IMG/VR virus record: IMGVR_UViG_3300014613_000057
Location: 1 to 35,818 of that record
Origin: a virus
Taxonomy: Duplodnaviria > Caudoviricetes
Strand: one strand, 5' to 3'
Length of the DNA: 35,818 bases
Shown: positions 8,816 through 18,469 of the stretch, piece by piece
Layout: each line of letters opens with the position of its first letter
Position numbering within the stretch: position 1 is the stretch's first letter
Position numbers and translations under genes: made by a program
The notes under the pieces: generated by a model
Told to the model about the DNA's origin: nothing
Seen by the model: only the letters and a program-made list of their open reading frames with translations
The model's database searches: none

Positions 8816-9852
8816 TACAAAATTCCTTCATAAACAGTTCTTATATGTTTGTTATAGTTGTTCAAAGAGAAATCATTTGCTGAGTTTATGACATCGACCA
8901 AATGTTTCTTGTGTTCTTCTATAGCCAACTCTATAATATTATCCACATACACAGGATCACCTGGATCGCACGTCCAAGTAGCATACTCACAACCTTCCGC
9001 TGCAATCACTGGTGTCCCACAACTTAGAGCCTCGCCAATTATTCTAGTCGTAATCCTATGTGGACTTACAACTAAATCTGCGGCTCTGAATACTTCCTCC
9101 ATATCTGTTTTTCTGGCCCAGACATCTCCTAGTGCGTTTAGGTGCTTGAATTGTAATAGAAGAACTTCCCAACACTTCAATGGATTGGGCAGACCGTAGA
9201 AGTGAAAAACCACATCAGTTCTACGCTTGGCTACCTCTAATGCTCCATGGATGACCTCGAACGGATTAACGTCCTCTCTAGGAGTATCTGCAAAAACTAC
9301 ATTTATTTCTCCTGTAACTTTAAATTTATGTTTCTTTCCATTAGGGCTAAACCTATCTCCATCTATTGGCGGAGCATCAAAGCAGACTAACTTCTCCTCA
9401 GGAATGATTGCCTTCCAGAAAGGCATATGATAAGGCCAGAAAGTTATCATAGCCTTGATTCGAGACCATTTGGCAATTTTAGAAAGCAGGGTGTATGACG
9501 ATCCCCTATCATACTGTTCTGGTATAAAACAAGCTGTTGGTCTTCCATGGAGTATCCAGATTATAGGACTCTGAGAGCCGACAATCCAGTTGTCTGGTAT
9601 ACCCGTGTGAGCCATTATGATATCCGCTGATAAAGCTTCCTCGGGAGTCACAGTTACAACCCTTGTACCACCACGTTCATCTAACTTCCCAGCTTCTCCA
9701 GGAGTGTTCCTTCTCTCTCCATTGACTGTAATACCAGTATCTACAAGACAAGAACTTAACCCAGATTGCCCATCTGCTACAATCATATCCCGTGCAGCTT
9801 CGTATAAACCGCAGGCGTTAGGAGCAAATGGTGCGTAGTGGGCTATTTTCAT
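8815..9852 (-). CDS. Glycosyltransferase, GT-B fold (GT4-like)
   Basis: Start MKIAHY (ATG 9852, ATGA overlap); ADLVVSP...EALSCGTPVI motif; LHG; ID..RFSP. Confidence 0.85.
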   Translation of the reverse strand: MKIAHYAPFAPNACGLYEAARDMIVADGQSGLSSCLVDTGITVNGERRNTPGEAGKLDERGGTRVVTVTPEEALSADIIMAHTGIPDNWIVGSQSPIIWILHGRPTACFIPEQYDRGSSYTLLSKIAKWSRIKAMITFWPYHMPFWKAIIPEEKLVCFDAPPIDGDRFSPNGKKHKFKVTGEINVVFADTPREDVNPFEVIHGALEVAKRRTDVVFHFYGLPNPLKCWEVLLLQFKHLNALGDVWARKTDMEEVFRAADLVVSPHRITTRIIGEALSCGTPVIAAEGCEYATWTCDPGDPVYVDNIIELAIEEHKKHLVDVINSANDFSLNNYNKHIRTVYEGIL

Positions 9853-10685
9853 GGTCCCGGCCCTGCTATCCACAGGCAGTAATCGGCGATGCAGTTCTTA
9901 TCCAATTTATCCATGTCATAATCCCGGTATTCTCCTTTTCGCCACTTGAACTTCGAGAAATATTGCCATGTATGCCAAGCATGAATGTGATAGTCTGTAC
10001 TGCACATCTGGTCCTGGGACATACAATGGACATCAAGTCCACCCATTGTCAGTCCAGCACCGAAATATTTCAGCGCCGCCAACTGCCCGGCATACATAGT
10101 CAGGACTCCAATGTACCAACCAGGCCAGGCTCCATCACTTTCATGGAACTCTTCTCGCACCAATTTCTCACAGTATTCATAGTGAAGGCGGTTGTACTGC
10201 AAAGCATGTTTGGAATAGGCCATAAACGTCGAACCGATGTTGTTGAGCGATGGTTGGATGCTCCATCTCTCGGCAACGGCTGCAAGTCTGGTGACCACTG
10301 CTGGAATATCAGCAAACATTCCTATTCCAAACGCCGCTAGTCTGGGTTGTAGATTGGGAAAATTTGGTGTCAAGAAAACGTCCGTGTCGGTTCGCATCAA
10401 GTACTTGTACCCAACCAAAAACTCTGCCTCTGGTTGGGTTAGATACCAAATGCTGTTGATGAAGGGGTACTTTGACCACATAAGGCTAGACTCTGTTAGC
10501 GGTTTGTGAGGAATATAGATAACACCATCGTCCTTCGGTAAACTTTCAATATCTGGATGATGGAAAGCTACAATATCGGACGTTTTGTTCGATCCGCTGT
10601 ACAGCCAGGATCTGTATAACCACCCAAATTCGGTTACCAGATGCGGTTTATTGTCAATATACACTGTTATGGCTGTATTTTTCAT
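9849..10685 (-). CDS. Putative GT-A-fold glycosyltransferase (DxD)
   Basis: Hydrophobic strand + DTD (YLMRTDTDVF), late HIH..H metal-ligand motif; lies between the MTase and GT4. Confidence 0.6.
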   Translation of the reverse strand: MKNTAITVYIDNKPHLVTEFGWLYRSWLYSGSNKTSDIVAFHHPDIESLPKDDGVIYIPHKPLTESSLMWSKYPFINSIWYLTQPEAEFLVGYKYLMRTDTDVFLTPNFPNLQPRLAAFGIGMFADIPAVVTRLAAVAERWSIQPSLNNIGSTFMAYSKHALQYNRLHYEYCEKLVREEFHESDGAWPGWYIGVLTMYAGQLAALKYFGAGLTMGGLDVHCMSQDQMCSTDYHIHAWHTWQYFSKFKWRKGEYRDYDMDKLDKNCIADYCLWIAGPGP

Positions 10686-11170
10686 AAATTTAGTTCCTTA
10701 ATAGTCTCAAAGTCTATAACGTGACTGACTAAGGTAGTCATAGGACCAACAACTTTGTAATCAAAGCGGTATTTAAACCCGCCCAGCACAGAATCGTAGT
10801 TGTACAACATCGGATGGCAGGTGTCATGGACAACAATCAGAGGCACATGTTGCAAAGCCTCGACCGACTGGCCCCGTTGCTCGGCAATTCCATGGTCTAC
10901 AAGAGCCAAGCCCCATTCCATGTCATACTCAGGCAGATTTTTGAAGTCCTCCACATGTTTTATTTCATGCCACGGCCTTCTGTAAGGAATGAACATTCCC
11001 AGCCAACTCTGATCAGACTCCAATGTCACCAGACGACGTCCACAAGCTCCGCATAGACCATGAAGCATCAAGGTACTACCGAACCCCGCCCCTAACTCCA
11101 GGACGGGGCCGGTAGTAATAGTCGCCGCTACAGCAAGCAGCGGTAAGTGGGTTAGATAACCTGCATCCAT
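10682..11170 (-). CDS. Class I SAM-dependent methyltransferase-like protein (Methyltransf_24-like)
   Basis: VLELGAGFGST (motif I), LESD..W, LVDHG, IVVHDT. Confidence 0.8.
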   Translation of the reverse strand: MDAGYLTHLPLLAVAATITTGPVLELGAGFGSTLMLHGLCGACGRRLVTLESDQSWLGMFIPYRRPWHEIKHVEDFKNLPEYDMEWGLALVDHGIAEQRGQSVEALQHVPLIVVHDTCHPMLYNYDSVLGGFKYRFDYKVVGPMTTLVSHVIDFETIKELNL

Positions 11171-13242
11171 TAGGCCGCCACGATGGTCGCATCCGTGTCA
11201 AGTGGGATGTACTCGATGTACCAGGCGATTACTCCAGTGGTGGAAGCCGCACAGTTCATAGAGATTACCCCCGGAGAGGTAAGAAACGGAGTCGCCTGGA
11301 CATCGGCCTTTATGCCTGCCGTAGCAGTAAGCGCCATGGCATTGGCAAAAGTGCCGGTAATGGCTAATAGACCATATTGACCTGCAGCATTAAGGTCCAA
11401 AGTAGCACATATGTCAGTAGCAGTCCCACCAGTAGGAGTCATTACCAGTTTAGTTGCATTAGCCGAAGCTTGACAGGCTGTAGTGATATAGCCTACAATG
11501 TTGAGCACCTTGACCATACCACCTGCGATAGTAAACAGATTAGCAGTAGCAAGAGCTGATGCTACCTTCACAGCACCATGAGCTACCAGGATTAACCTAC
11601 TGTCAACGGTGGATACCTGTACCCCTACTGAATCAACCGCAGCATCAGCTACGATCAAACGGCTGTCAGTAGTAGATACTTGCACTCCAACTGAGTCTAC
11701 TGCAGCGTCAGCAACTATCAATCTGGAGTCAGTTGTTGAAACCTGAGTCCCGATACTGGTAGTAGTCGCCAATAGTCTGCTATCGGCGGTTGAAGTTTGA
11801 ACCCCAACGCTATCTACAGCAGCATCTGCCACAATCAGTCGGCTATCTGTTGCTGAGGTTTGAACGCCGACTGAATCTACCAACGCATCTACAGCGATTA
11901 ACCGACTATCCGTTGTTGAGACCTGAACACCGACAGAGTCAATCTCACCTTCGGCAACTACTAACTGTGCAAAGTTGACAATGAGACGGCTATCAGTTGT
12001 CGAAACCTGAACGCCCACACTGTCTACAGATGCAGTGGTCGTTGCAAGTAAGCGACTATCAGTTGTCGATACTTGGACACCAACAGAATCAACTGCCGCA
12101 TCTGCAACGATGAGGCGACTATCAGTAGCAGAGACTTGAGTGCCAACACTAGTAGTTGTAGCAAGCAACCGACTGTCAGCAGTAGAGGTTTGCACACCTA
12201 CAGAATCGACTGCAGCGTCTGCGACAATTAGACGACTATCAACTGTAGAAGTTTGCACTCCCACAGAGTCAACCAGTCCATCCACTGCGATTAACCTTGA
12301 GTCGGTAGTGGATACCTGAACTCCGACTGAGTCCACCGCTGCGTCGGCAACAATGAGTCTGCTGTCAACCACAGAGACTTGCACGCCTACGCTGGGAACA
12401 TCATCGTAGGCTAGTGCTGAGGCTGAACCACCAGAGAAGAAGTAGCCACCCTTGCCATCATAGCCTTTGGCGTACCAAGTGCAGGCTAGACCACCCGTAT
12501 TGACAATGTTTTTAGTCAGAGCTACATTGTCATTGTAGAAGTAACCATCGGCCAATACATCAGTACTGGCAGTGGTAACCATCTCAACAATACCAGTAGA
12601 GAATTCGCCATAGGCATCTATGATAATCCTAGCTCCAGTTACTGCAACCAACCGAACTGCATTAACGCAGGCATCGCCAGCGATGAAGCCAACATATTTC
12701 ACCTTTGCAAACAGCCGGCTGACAGTTGTAGCCAGAACTGCCCTGACTGCCTCAACAGTTACTAGACTGTCCTGCCATTCAATATCAAGATGACAATCAC
12801 TGCCAGTTACATTAAATGGGTTAGTCAGAGCATCTAAACCACTGATACCAACAATGTTCTCTACTGTTATAGAAGCAGCAGAGATCAGCATTGAAGCTCC
12901 AACAACAGTGCCAAAAGTGATAGAAGGGCGATCTGCTCCAGTGCCCAGCCCTATAATACTAACACCAGCTATATCTACTGTTATTGTACCAGCAGCACTA
13001 ACTGTTTCAGTATGACCAGCTTTTACAACAATAATATCACCATGGTTAGCAGCACACTTACCAACAGCAAAATCAATAGTTGCAAACGGCCAGTTGTAGG
13101 TTCCATCATACCCGTTAGAACCAGCCTGACCCTCAGGAGTCTTACCTACCCAAAAAATATTACCACTATGGGTACTGAGAATAGGCTGATTCCGTACGGT
13201 TAACCCATATCGGAACCCGTTCGGGTAATTACTCATAGACAT
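11170..13242 (-). CDS. Putative head fibre / capsid decoration protein with repeat stalk
   Basis: Directly after the MCP; N-terminal beta-helix-like start (PFATIDFAV...GDIIVV); 13 DSRL repeats; C-terminal beta domain. Confidence 0.7.
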   Translation of the reverse strand: MSMSNYPNGFRYGLTVRNQPILSTHSGNIFWVGKTPEGQAGSNGYDGTYNWPFATIDFAVGKCAANHGDIIVVKAGHTETVSAAGTITVDIAGVSIIGLGTGADRPSITFGTVVGASMLISAASITVENIVGISGLDALTNPFNVTGSDCHLDIEWQDSLVTVEAVRAVLATTVSRLFAKVKYVGFIAGDACVNAVRLVAVTGARIIIDAYGEFSTGIVEMVTTASTDVLADGYFYNDNVALTKNIVNTGGLACTWYAKGYDGKGGYFFSGGSASALAYDDVPSVGVQVSVVDSRLIVADAAVDSVGVQVSTTDSRLIAVDGLVDSVGVQTSTVDSRLIVADAAVDSVGVQTSTADSRLLATTTSVGTQVSATDSRLIVADAAVDSVGVQVSTTDSRLLATTTASVDSVGVQVSTTDSRLIVNFAQLVVAEGEIDSVGVQVSTTDSRLIAVDALVDSVGVQTSATDSRLIVADAAVDSVGVQTSTADSRLLATTTSIGTQVSTTDSRLIVADAAVDSVGVQVSTTDSRLIVADAAVDSVGVQVSTVDSRLILVAHGAVKVASALATANLFTIAGGMVKVLNIVGYITTACQASANATKLVMTPTGGTATDICATLDLNAAGQYGLLAITGTFANAMALTATAGIKADVQATPFLTSPGVISMNCAASTTGVIAWYIEYIPLDTDATIVAA
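11590..12393 (-). repeat. 13 tandem protein repeats, consensus DSRLIVADAAVDSVGVQVSTT
   Basis: Unit lengths 21, 18, 22 and 28 aa; DNA copies are heavily diverged at synonymous sites. Confidence 0.95.
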
Positions 13243-13254
13243 TGTATATCCTCC

Positions 13255-14169
13255 TTACGCACCAGCGTTACCAAGAAGACCAGTGGGACGGTTGATCTCA
13301 ATGGAATCACGGAAGCGGGTTTTGAATTTAGCATCACCTGTGTCGAAGTCACCTTCTTTACCAAAGCTAATGCCAACACGTTCAAAATGAATTAAACCGT
13401 TTGAAAGGCGAGCATTGTCCCCGATTAGGAACCAAGCTGTGGAAGAAGTGAGGTAAGGCCACACAACCAATTTCAAAGAAGGCCGAGCACGAGCGAGAGC
13501 ATTGATGGTGTTGTTGGCAGTCTCAGGTTGGCCAACAGTCTCCAAGAGTTCTAATGCTTTCATTTCAAGTGCAGGGGGAACGAGTAGAGTCGCTGGGGTC
13601 TGTTGAATCTTTTTACCACGGTCGTCTGTAAGGTTCTCGAATTGGAGAACTGCACTCTGGAGAGTTGAATAACTCAACCCAGCAGCAGTGGCAAGGTTGC
13701 TCCAAGTCACGCCGTCGAGACGAGTGTGAGAGGCAGAGAAAATAGCCAACGCATCACCAGCAACGTGGTAGGTGTTTACAAACCCAGTGTTGAAGATTTC
13801 AGCAATTCGGATGTGTCGGGTTTCACGAGCCGACACACCCAATTCCCTAGCACCGTCTTTCATAACTCCGTAGAGGTCATCTTCAATAGCCTCTTCAGTT
13901 ATGCGAAGACCAAGAGCTAGAGTGTCATGCGTCCAACGCTTTTTAGGACCTTGGAGGCGAGCATCGAAGACTACAGGGTCGCCTTCACCTTTCTTCAAAA
14001 GCAAACCAAGGCCACTTAAATAAGCCATTTCCTCATAGGGTTTTTGGGAGCTTTCAGTCTTTACAAGCTCCCGCCAGATTTCAGGGTATCTTTTGTACTC
14101 CTCTGTCATAGCTGCAAACATGCCAGGGACATAGAGTAAAGAGAATCTTGAACGAGTTTCACGAGCCAT
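13255..14169 (-). CDS. Major capsid protein (HK97 fold)
   Basis: K.EG, ALGLRITEEAIEDDLY, DDRG, LLVPPALE, NTINAL, YLTSSTAWFL, DFDTGD.K motifs; GGAGG RBS. Confidence 0.92.
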   Translation of the reverse strand: MARETRSRFSLLYVPGMFAAMTEEYKRYPEIWRELVKTESSQKPYEEMAYLSGLGLLLKKGEGDPVVFDARLQGPKKRWTHDTLALGLRITEEAIEDDLYGVMKDGARELGVSARETRHIRIAEIFNTGFVNTYHVAGDALAIFSASHTRLDGVTWSNLATAAGLSYSTLQSAVLQFENLTDDRGKKIQQTPATLLVPPALEMKALELLETVGQPETANNTINALARARPSLKLVVWPYLTSSTAWFLIGDNARLSNGLIHFERVGISFGKEGDFDTGDAKFKTRFRDSIEINRPTGLLGNAGA

Positions 14170-14188
14170 TGTTATTTACCTCCTACCC

Positions 14189-14803
14189 TTAGCCCAAACC
14201 AAGCGTATTAGCTTGGAACTGATAGTTGTTAATCTTAACAATCCACTTGGAGTTGGCGCTGTTCGTAACGTTATAGGCACCAGCGTCGATGTCGTAGTAC
14301 TCCATCCAAGGACGAATGAGACGAACAGCTAAGGTAGCTGTTACAGCCATAGTGTTAGAATCAATTTCACACTTAGAAATACCAGTAGTGGTATTTACTG
14401 TATGTGTCCAGATAATGTCGCAGTTACTAAATGTCATGGCATCTGTAAGAGGAGTAGTATCACCATCCTCTTGCATAGCGTAGAACATGTTAGGGTCTAG
14501 AGCAACCAATGCAAAGTGTTGAATGGTTGCAGTAGAGGCTGCATAATATTGCACAGGAAGCAACTTACTTATTTGCAAACTGTAAGGAGTTTGCTGTGCA
14601 TAAATACCAAGAATTACACCACAACACAAAATAGCACCAGTAGCCGGTGCACGCTCAATGGTGCCAGCAGTCACACCCGTTACGGGGTCTTGAATTCCGA
14701 GTATTGTATTGTAATTAATAGTAATAGGAAGCAACATTGCAGTACTTTGTGCTTCCTGCATAAAGAGAGGTTTAAACCCCCAAGGAGTGTCGGAATTTGC
14801 CAT
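14189..14803 (-). CDS. Capsid cement / auxiliary capsid protein
   Basis: MANSDTPWGFKP N-terminus, DP...Q.D, TGIS; sits immediately upstream of the MCP. Confidence 0.7.
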   Translation of the reverse strand: MANSDTPWGFKPLFMQEAQSTAMLLPITINYNTILGIQDPVTGVTAGTIERAPATGAILCCGVILGIYAQQTPYSLQISKLLPVQYYAASTATIQHFALVALDPNMFYAMQEDGDTTPLTDAMTFSNCDIIWTHTVNTTTGISKCEIDSNTMAVTATLAVRLIRPWMEYYDIDAGAYNVTNSANSKWIVKINNYQFQANTLGLG

Positions 14804-14834
14804 TTGTCCTCCTAAGCTTCTGACGAAACTTGAT

Positions 14835-14853
14835 TTGTTTAAATTTTAAACAA
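14835..14853. promoter_or_regulatory. Dispersed palindrome copy 2 (TTGTTTAAA-T-TTTAAACAA)
   Basis: Perfect 19-bp palindrome, intergenic upstream of cement/MCP. Confidence 0.7.
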
Positions 14854-14857
14854 TTAT

Positions 14858-15409
14858 CTACTTCTCCGCAAACTTTATACCAGGCTCTCCAGCTTCTTCA
14901 AATGCCACAACATCCATCTTCCCCTCAGCAGCTGTTCCTTGTACTACTCCAGAGACTTCATAAAGTGCTTCTTTCTTTGGAGTCTTAGTAGAAGAAATCA
15001 ACTCTGCATGCATCTGCACAGGAATGTGACGAATATGGGCATCTAAATCTCTTGGCCGAAAAACCAAGAACATTCCACGTCTCTCGACAGCCCCATGGTC
15101 TCTAAAATCTCTCTCAGTAATTTTGCCCTTTAAACAAGAGCTACTGCGAGTAACCACCTTCCAATAGTTAACTTCAAGTGCCTTATGTCGTTCAATATCG
15201 TCACGCAAATCAACCCAACAAAAGGCATAGTTCTCTCGGTCACACCATTTTGGAGTGGCAAATGCATCTACAAACGGTTCAGAGATGGTAATTTGGTCGA
15301 CAGATGGAAAAAAGTCGTCTTGACTTTCTACTATTCTCTCGACAAATTCATCAGCTGAGGGCTTTTCGAGAACACTTTTCAAAACATCAACTTCAGTCTG
15401 TTTAACCAT
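14858..15409 (-). CDS. Hypothetical head-module protein
   Basis: YAFCWV...WKVV...G.V.R.GMFL..RP pattern typical of the gene between scaffold and cement in this phage layout. Confidence 0.7.
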   Translation of the reverse strand: MVKQTEVDVLKSVLEKPSADEFVERIVESQDDFFPSVDQITISEPFVDAFATPKWCDRENYAFCWVDLRDDIERHKALEVNYWKVVTRSSSCLKGKITERDFRDHGAVERRGMFLVFRPRDLDAHIRHIPVQMHAELISSTKTPKKEALYEVSGVVQGTAAEGKMDVVAFEEAGEPGIKFAEK

Positions 15410-15412
15410 TGT

Positions 15413-16264
15413 TTATTTCCTCCCATGCAAGAATCGAGCATAAAGTTTTGGGTTAACACCGAATTTTTTAGCAATTTCTGCTTCCTCAGAGCTTAACCCA
15501 ACACTTCCTCCAATCTTTGCACTCGGAGTCTTGGTTTTATCCAAGGTCTTAGTCCGTTTAATTGCATCAACCCTCTCAGAGTTAGCCTCAGAAGTGGGTT
15601 TGCCATATACAGAAAAAAGAGTAGAAGGGTCTTTGTTGAGTTCACTTAGAATATAGATTGCATGAGCAGCAAGTTGGCCTGCAGGATGATTATCCAAGCC
15701 TAAATTCCTTGCATATTCAGCAACAATACCTTTATGGTCTGGTTTAGTTGAAAGAAACTTATCTTCAGCAAGGATTCTTCCACTTAAACCACTCAAATTA
15801 CCCTCCCAGGTCTTACGGTTAACGTCTTCAAGTGTCTTGTCACGAGTAGAAACTGCTTTTTCCTCAGAAATATAGTCCATCACATTATAAAGAATGTCTT
15901 CAAACTCTGGACTATCTTTATGTTGCTTAAGAACGCCTATTACTTGGCTTCGAGTGAGTTTTTCTTCCTTTCCTTTTGGGGTTTCCTTCTCCTTAGTAGT
16001 TAAATCATGAAGAGTTTGACTAACTTTAAGTAAATCCTTCTGAGTGTCTGCTAAAAGCCTCTTTAATTCAGCTGTTTCAGAGACCTCAACTTTAGTTTTT
16101 TCCTCAATTTCAATTTCAGGTTCATCTTCGTCGGGTTTTGCTATGATCTCTTCATCGAGGTCATCATCTACACCCAACACTTCATCCAAAATAAAGGAGT
16201 CTCCAACAGGTGCATCTTTGGAGTCGGCTATAATCTCTACATCTGTGGCTTTTTCTGCCATCAT
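15413..16264 (-). CDS. Putative capsid scaffolding protein
   Basis: Acidic N-terminus, coiled coil, C-terminal LS.EE..IAKKFGV...YA motif; located between portal and MCP. Confidence 0.7.
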   Translation of the reverse strand: MMAEKATDVEIIADSKDAPVGDSFILDEVLGVDDDLDEEIIAKPDEDEPEIEIEEKTKVEVSETAELKRLLADTQKDLLKVSQTLHDLTTKEKETPKGKEEKLTRSQVIGVLKQHKDSPEFEDILYNVMDYISEEKAVSTRDKTLEDVNRKTWEGNLSGLSGRILAEDKFLSTKPDHKGIVAEYARNLGLDNHPAGQLAAHAIYILSELNKDPSTLFSVYGKPTSEANSERVDAIKRTKTLDKTKTPSAKIGGSVGLSSEEAEIAKKFGVNPKLYARFLHGRK

Positions 16265-16545
16265 TTCCTCCAGATTCTACGCAATAATCCGATGAAACGC
16301 TTGGTGTAAGTCTGTTCGACGTCGTCTCTGTTCTCGGTCATTGTGTACTCATAGGTGTAAGTTGAGTCCCTAAGTTGGTCTATGCGACTCTTCAAGGCGA
16401 CAAATTGAATAAAACTTTCAGCCTTTCCTGGATCGAGGAAGAACATTTGACGAAACAAAGCAACCATAGTTTCTTCGCAATCGTCGACATAAATCTTCCA
16501 ACCAGGGGAATTAAACATTTCTTTGACTTCGAGGTCATCACTCAT
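16261..16545 (-). CDS. Hypothetical protein (post-portal)
   Basis: SPGWK motif; overlaps the portal stop. Confidence 0.7.
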   Translation of the reverse strand: MSDDLEVKEMFNSPGWKIYVDDCEETMVALFRQMFFLDPGKAESFIQFVALKSRIDQLRDSTYTYEYTMTENRDDVEQTYTKRFIGLLRRIWRK

Positions 16546-18469
16546 TCGCTAAGCCCTCTGTCTCACTCTGAGCTTGTGTACTGCCCAACTGCTTCACAAA
16601 CTCCATAACGTTGTCTGGAGTAAATCCAGCCGCTGTAGCTTGTTGGGCAAGTTGCTCAGGGAGACCCATTTGAACTAGTGCTTGTGTATTTTGTTTTTGT
16701 TCAATATAACTCTGAACGAGTTTATTGAGTTCAGGGTCGATGTAGTCTTGGGGTTCCTTATTGTAAGACTTAAGCAAATCTGTAATAAGGGTCATAGGAT
16801 TGAGCATCGATAAGAAAGGTCCAAGAGTTGTAACCATAGACTCAGTTTCTTGGCGATCGACAAAACGATTAGAAGTTAAATCACTTCCCACCAATTCAAA
16901 CATAAAAGCCTTAGAGGTAACGTATTGTTTAAGTGGTGCTCCACAAATAGCAGCTTGTTCTTGAGGAGACATATTTGCAGCACAAAGGTCATGAATAAGA
17001 ATAAACAAATCCAAGAATTGTTCTTGGAGGTTCATACCTCTGTATTCATGTTTTACTTTGCCTTCTTGGAGAAGTGCAAGTGTACCAGTAGCAGTAGAGC
17101 CTTTCTTTCCAGCAACTTGACTTTCACGACCCTGAGAAAAATCAGTAACATTAAGTGTTCTTTCAAAAAATGTAACATATTGAAGAATGAGTGGAACGAA
17201 ACTTGTTGGGTTGAATGCTCCAAGGTTGGGGAAGACAAAGGCTTCGGGGTTGTCTACTTCAAGCAACACCCCTGGCGAGACCATCATACGATTGTTCTTG
17301 ACTCCACTCATTCCCCGTTTGACAAACCCCCACGGAGTCATAACAATATCCGCAGAGTTCACACATCTATTCCACATGGCATCTACGCCAAGTTGAATAC
17401 CGGCAATAAGAGTATAAAGCGGCCAACCCCAACTAACACCTCTACGTTTCAAAAATCTAACTCTACGAAGAGGTTTAACGTTTTGGTCGAATACTTCTAC
17501 CTGTTCACGAACCCGAAGAACTTTAAAAGAGTCTTTAGTTACTAAAACGATTATATCTTCTTCAACACCTTCATCAAAGAAATCCCATTTAATATAGGCT
17601 TCGAGAGTTTCTACTGGTTGGAGGTTGGGTTCATAGGCATAATAAGAATCTTGAACGTCGTCTGCTTCTTGTTGAGTAGTCTTGAGAGTCTGAGTAGTAA
17701 TATAAGGTTTTAAATCCTCAGTGAGTACCCAACCGTCTTCTACTTGAGAACGCCTTTTAATCTCCCCAAGAGTTAAATTCCCTACGTATCTAATAATAGG
17801 TGCATTCTCCCAATCTTCATCGTTCACGTCGTCGGGGAGCCAAACAAACTCTACAGGAATTAATTCTACACTAGGTCCCTCGGTGGGTAGTTCTACAATA
17901 AAATACTTTCTCTGTCCATCGGGACCAAATTGAGAAGTCTTTACTTTTCTGCTTTCAACATTCCAAGAGAGAAGGGGGTAGATTGTTCCATCTATTAGAA
18001 GTTCATGGACTGCATCGGGGACGAACTTCTTGATTTTAATTTTGTGTTTGAGAATAAAGTTGTCGTATTTTGTAACTTGCTCTGCGTCTTCTTTAGTAGA
18101 TACTCCTACATGATGAACTGCTTTAATATATGGGTCTCTACCTATTACTGAACTTACAAGTCTTGGTTCAAGTTCATCGACACCCATCGTAGTGAGGGGT
18201 GAAATCATATTTGAGGCATTACGCCAGGGGAAATTAGTAGGTTCATTCTCCTGGTAATAAGCCTTTCGAGACTCTTTTACTGTGTCGAGGACTTTTTTAC
18301 GAGTCCTAGAGTTTTCAAACGCATGAAAAAGGTGTTGAATGTACTTACCAAGTTTGGTGAGTTTATCATCCATAGTGCGTTTGGCTTCGTCAGACTCATC
18401 AGGAGCTTCTTGGAAGTCCATCTCTGGGCCGTTGTACATTCGAGCATCAGGAGTTAGAAAGTCAGGCAT
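16538..18469 (-). CDS. Portal protein (P22/podovirus-like)
   Basis: FPWRNASN, WGWP, STATG..ALLQEG, Gln-rich C-terminus; 643 aa following terL. Confidence 0.88.
   Translation of the reverse strand: MPDFLTPDARMYNGPEMDFQEAPDESDEAKRTMDDKLTKLGKYIQHLFHAFENSRTRKKVLDTVKESRKAYYQENEPTNFPWRNASNMISPLTTMGVDELEPRLVSSVIGRDPYIKAVHHVGVSTKEDAEQVTKYDNFILKHKIKIKKFVPDAVHELLIDGTIYPLLSWNVESRKVKTSQFGPDGQRKYFIVELPTEGPSVELIPVEFVWLPDDVNDEDWENAPIIRYVGNLTLGEIKRRSQVEDGWVLTEDLKPYITTQTLKTTQQEADDVQDSYYAYEPNLQPVETLEAYIKWDFFDEGVEEDIIVLVTKDSFKVLRVREQVEVFDQNVKPLRRVRFLKRRGVSWGWPLYTLIAGIQLGVDAMWNRCVNSADIVMTPWGFVKRGMSGVKNNRMMVSPGVLLEVDNPEAFVFPNLGAFNPTSFVPLILQYVTFFERTLNVTDFSQGRESQVAGKKGSTATGTLALLQEGKVKHEYRGMNLQEQFLDLFILIHDLCAANMSPQEQAAICGAPLKQYVTSKAFMFELVGSDLTSNRFVDRQETESMVTTLGPFLSMLNPMTLITDLLKSYNKEPQDYIDPELNKLVQSYIEQKQNTQALVQMGLPEQLAQQATAAGFTPDNVMEFVKQLGSTQAQSETEGLANE

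Noticed and set aside
11590-12393. Possible CRISPR array or DGR repeat
   Set aside because: Repeats are conserved at protein level only, there are no unique spacers, variation is not adenine-specific, and no reverse transcriptase is present.
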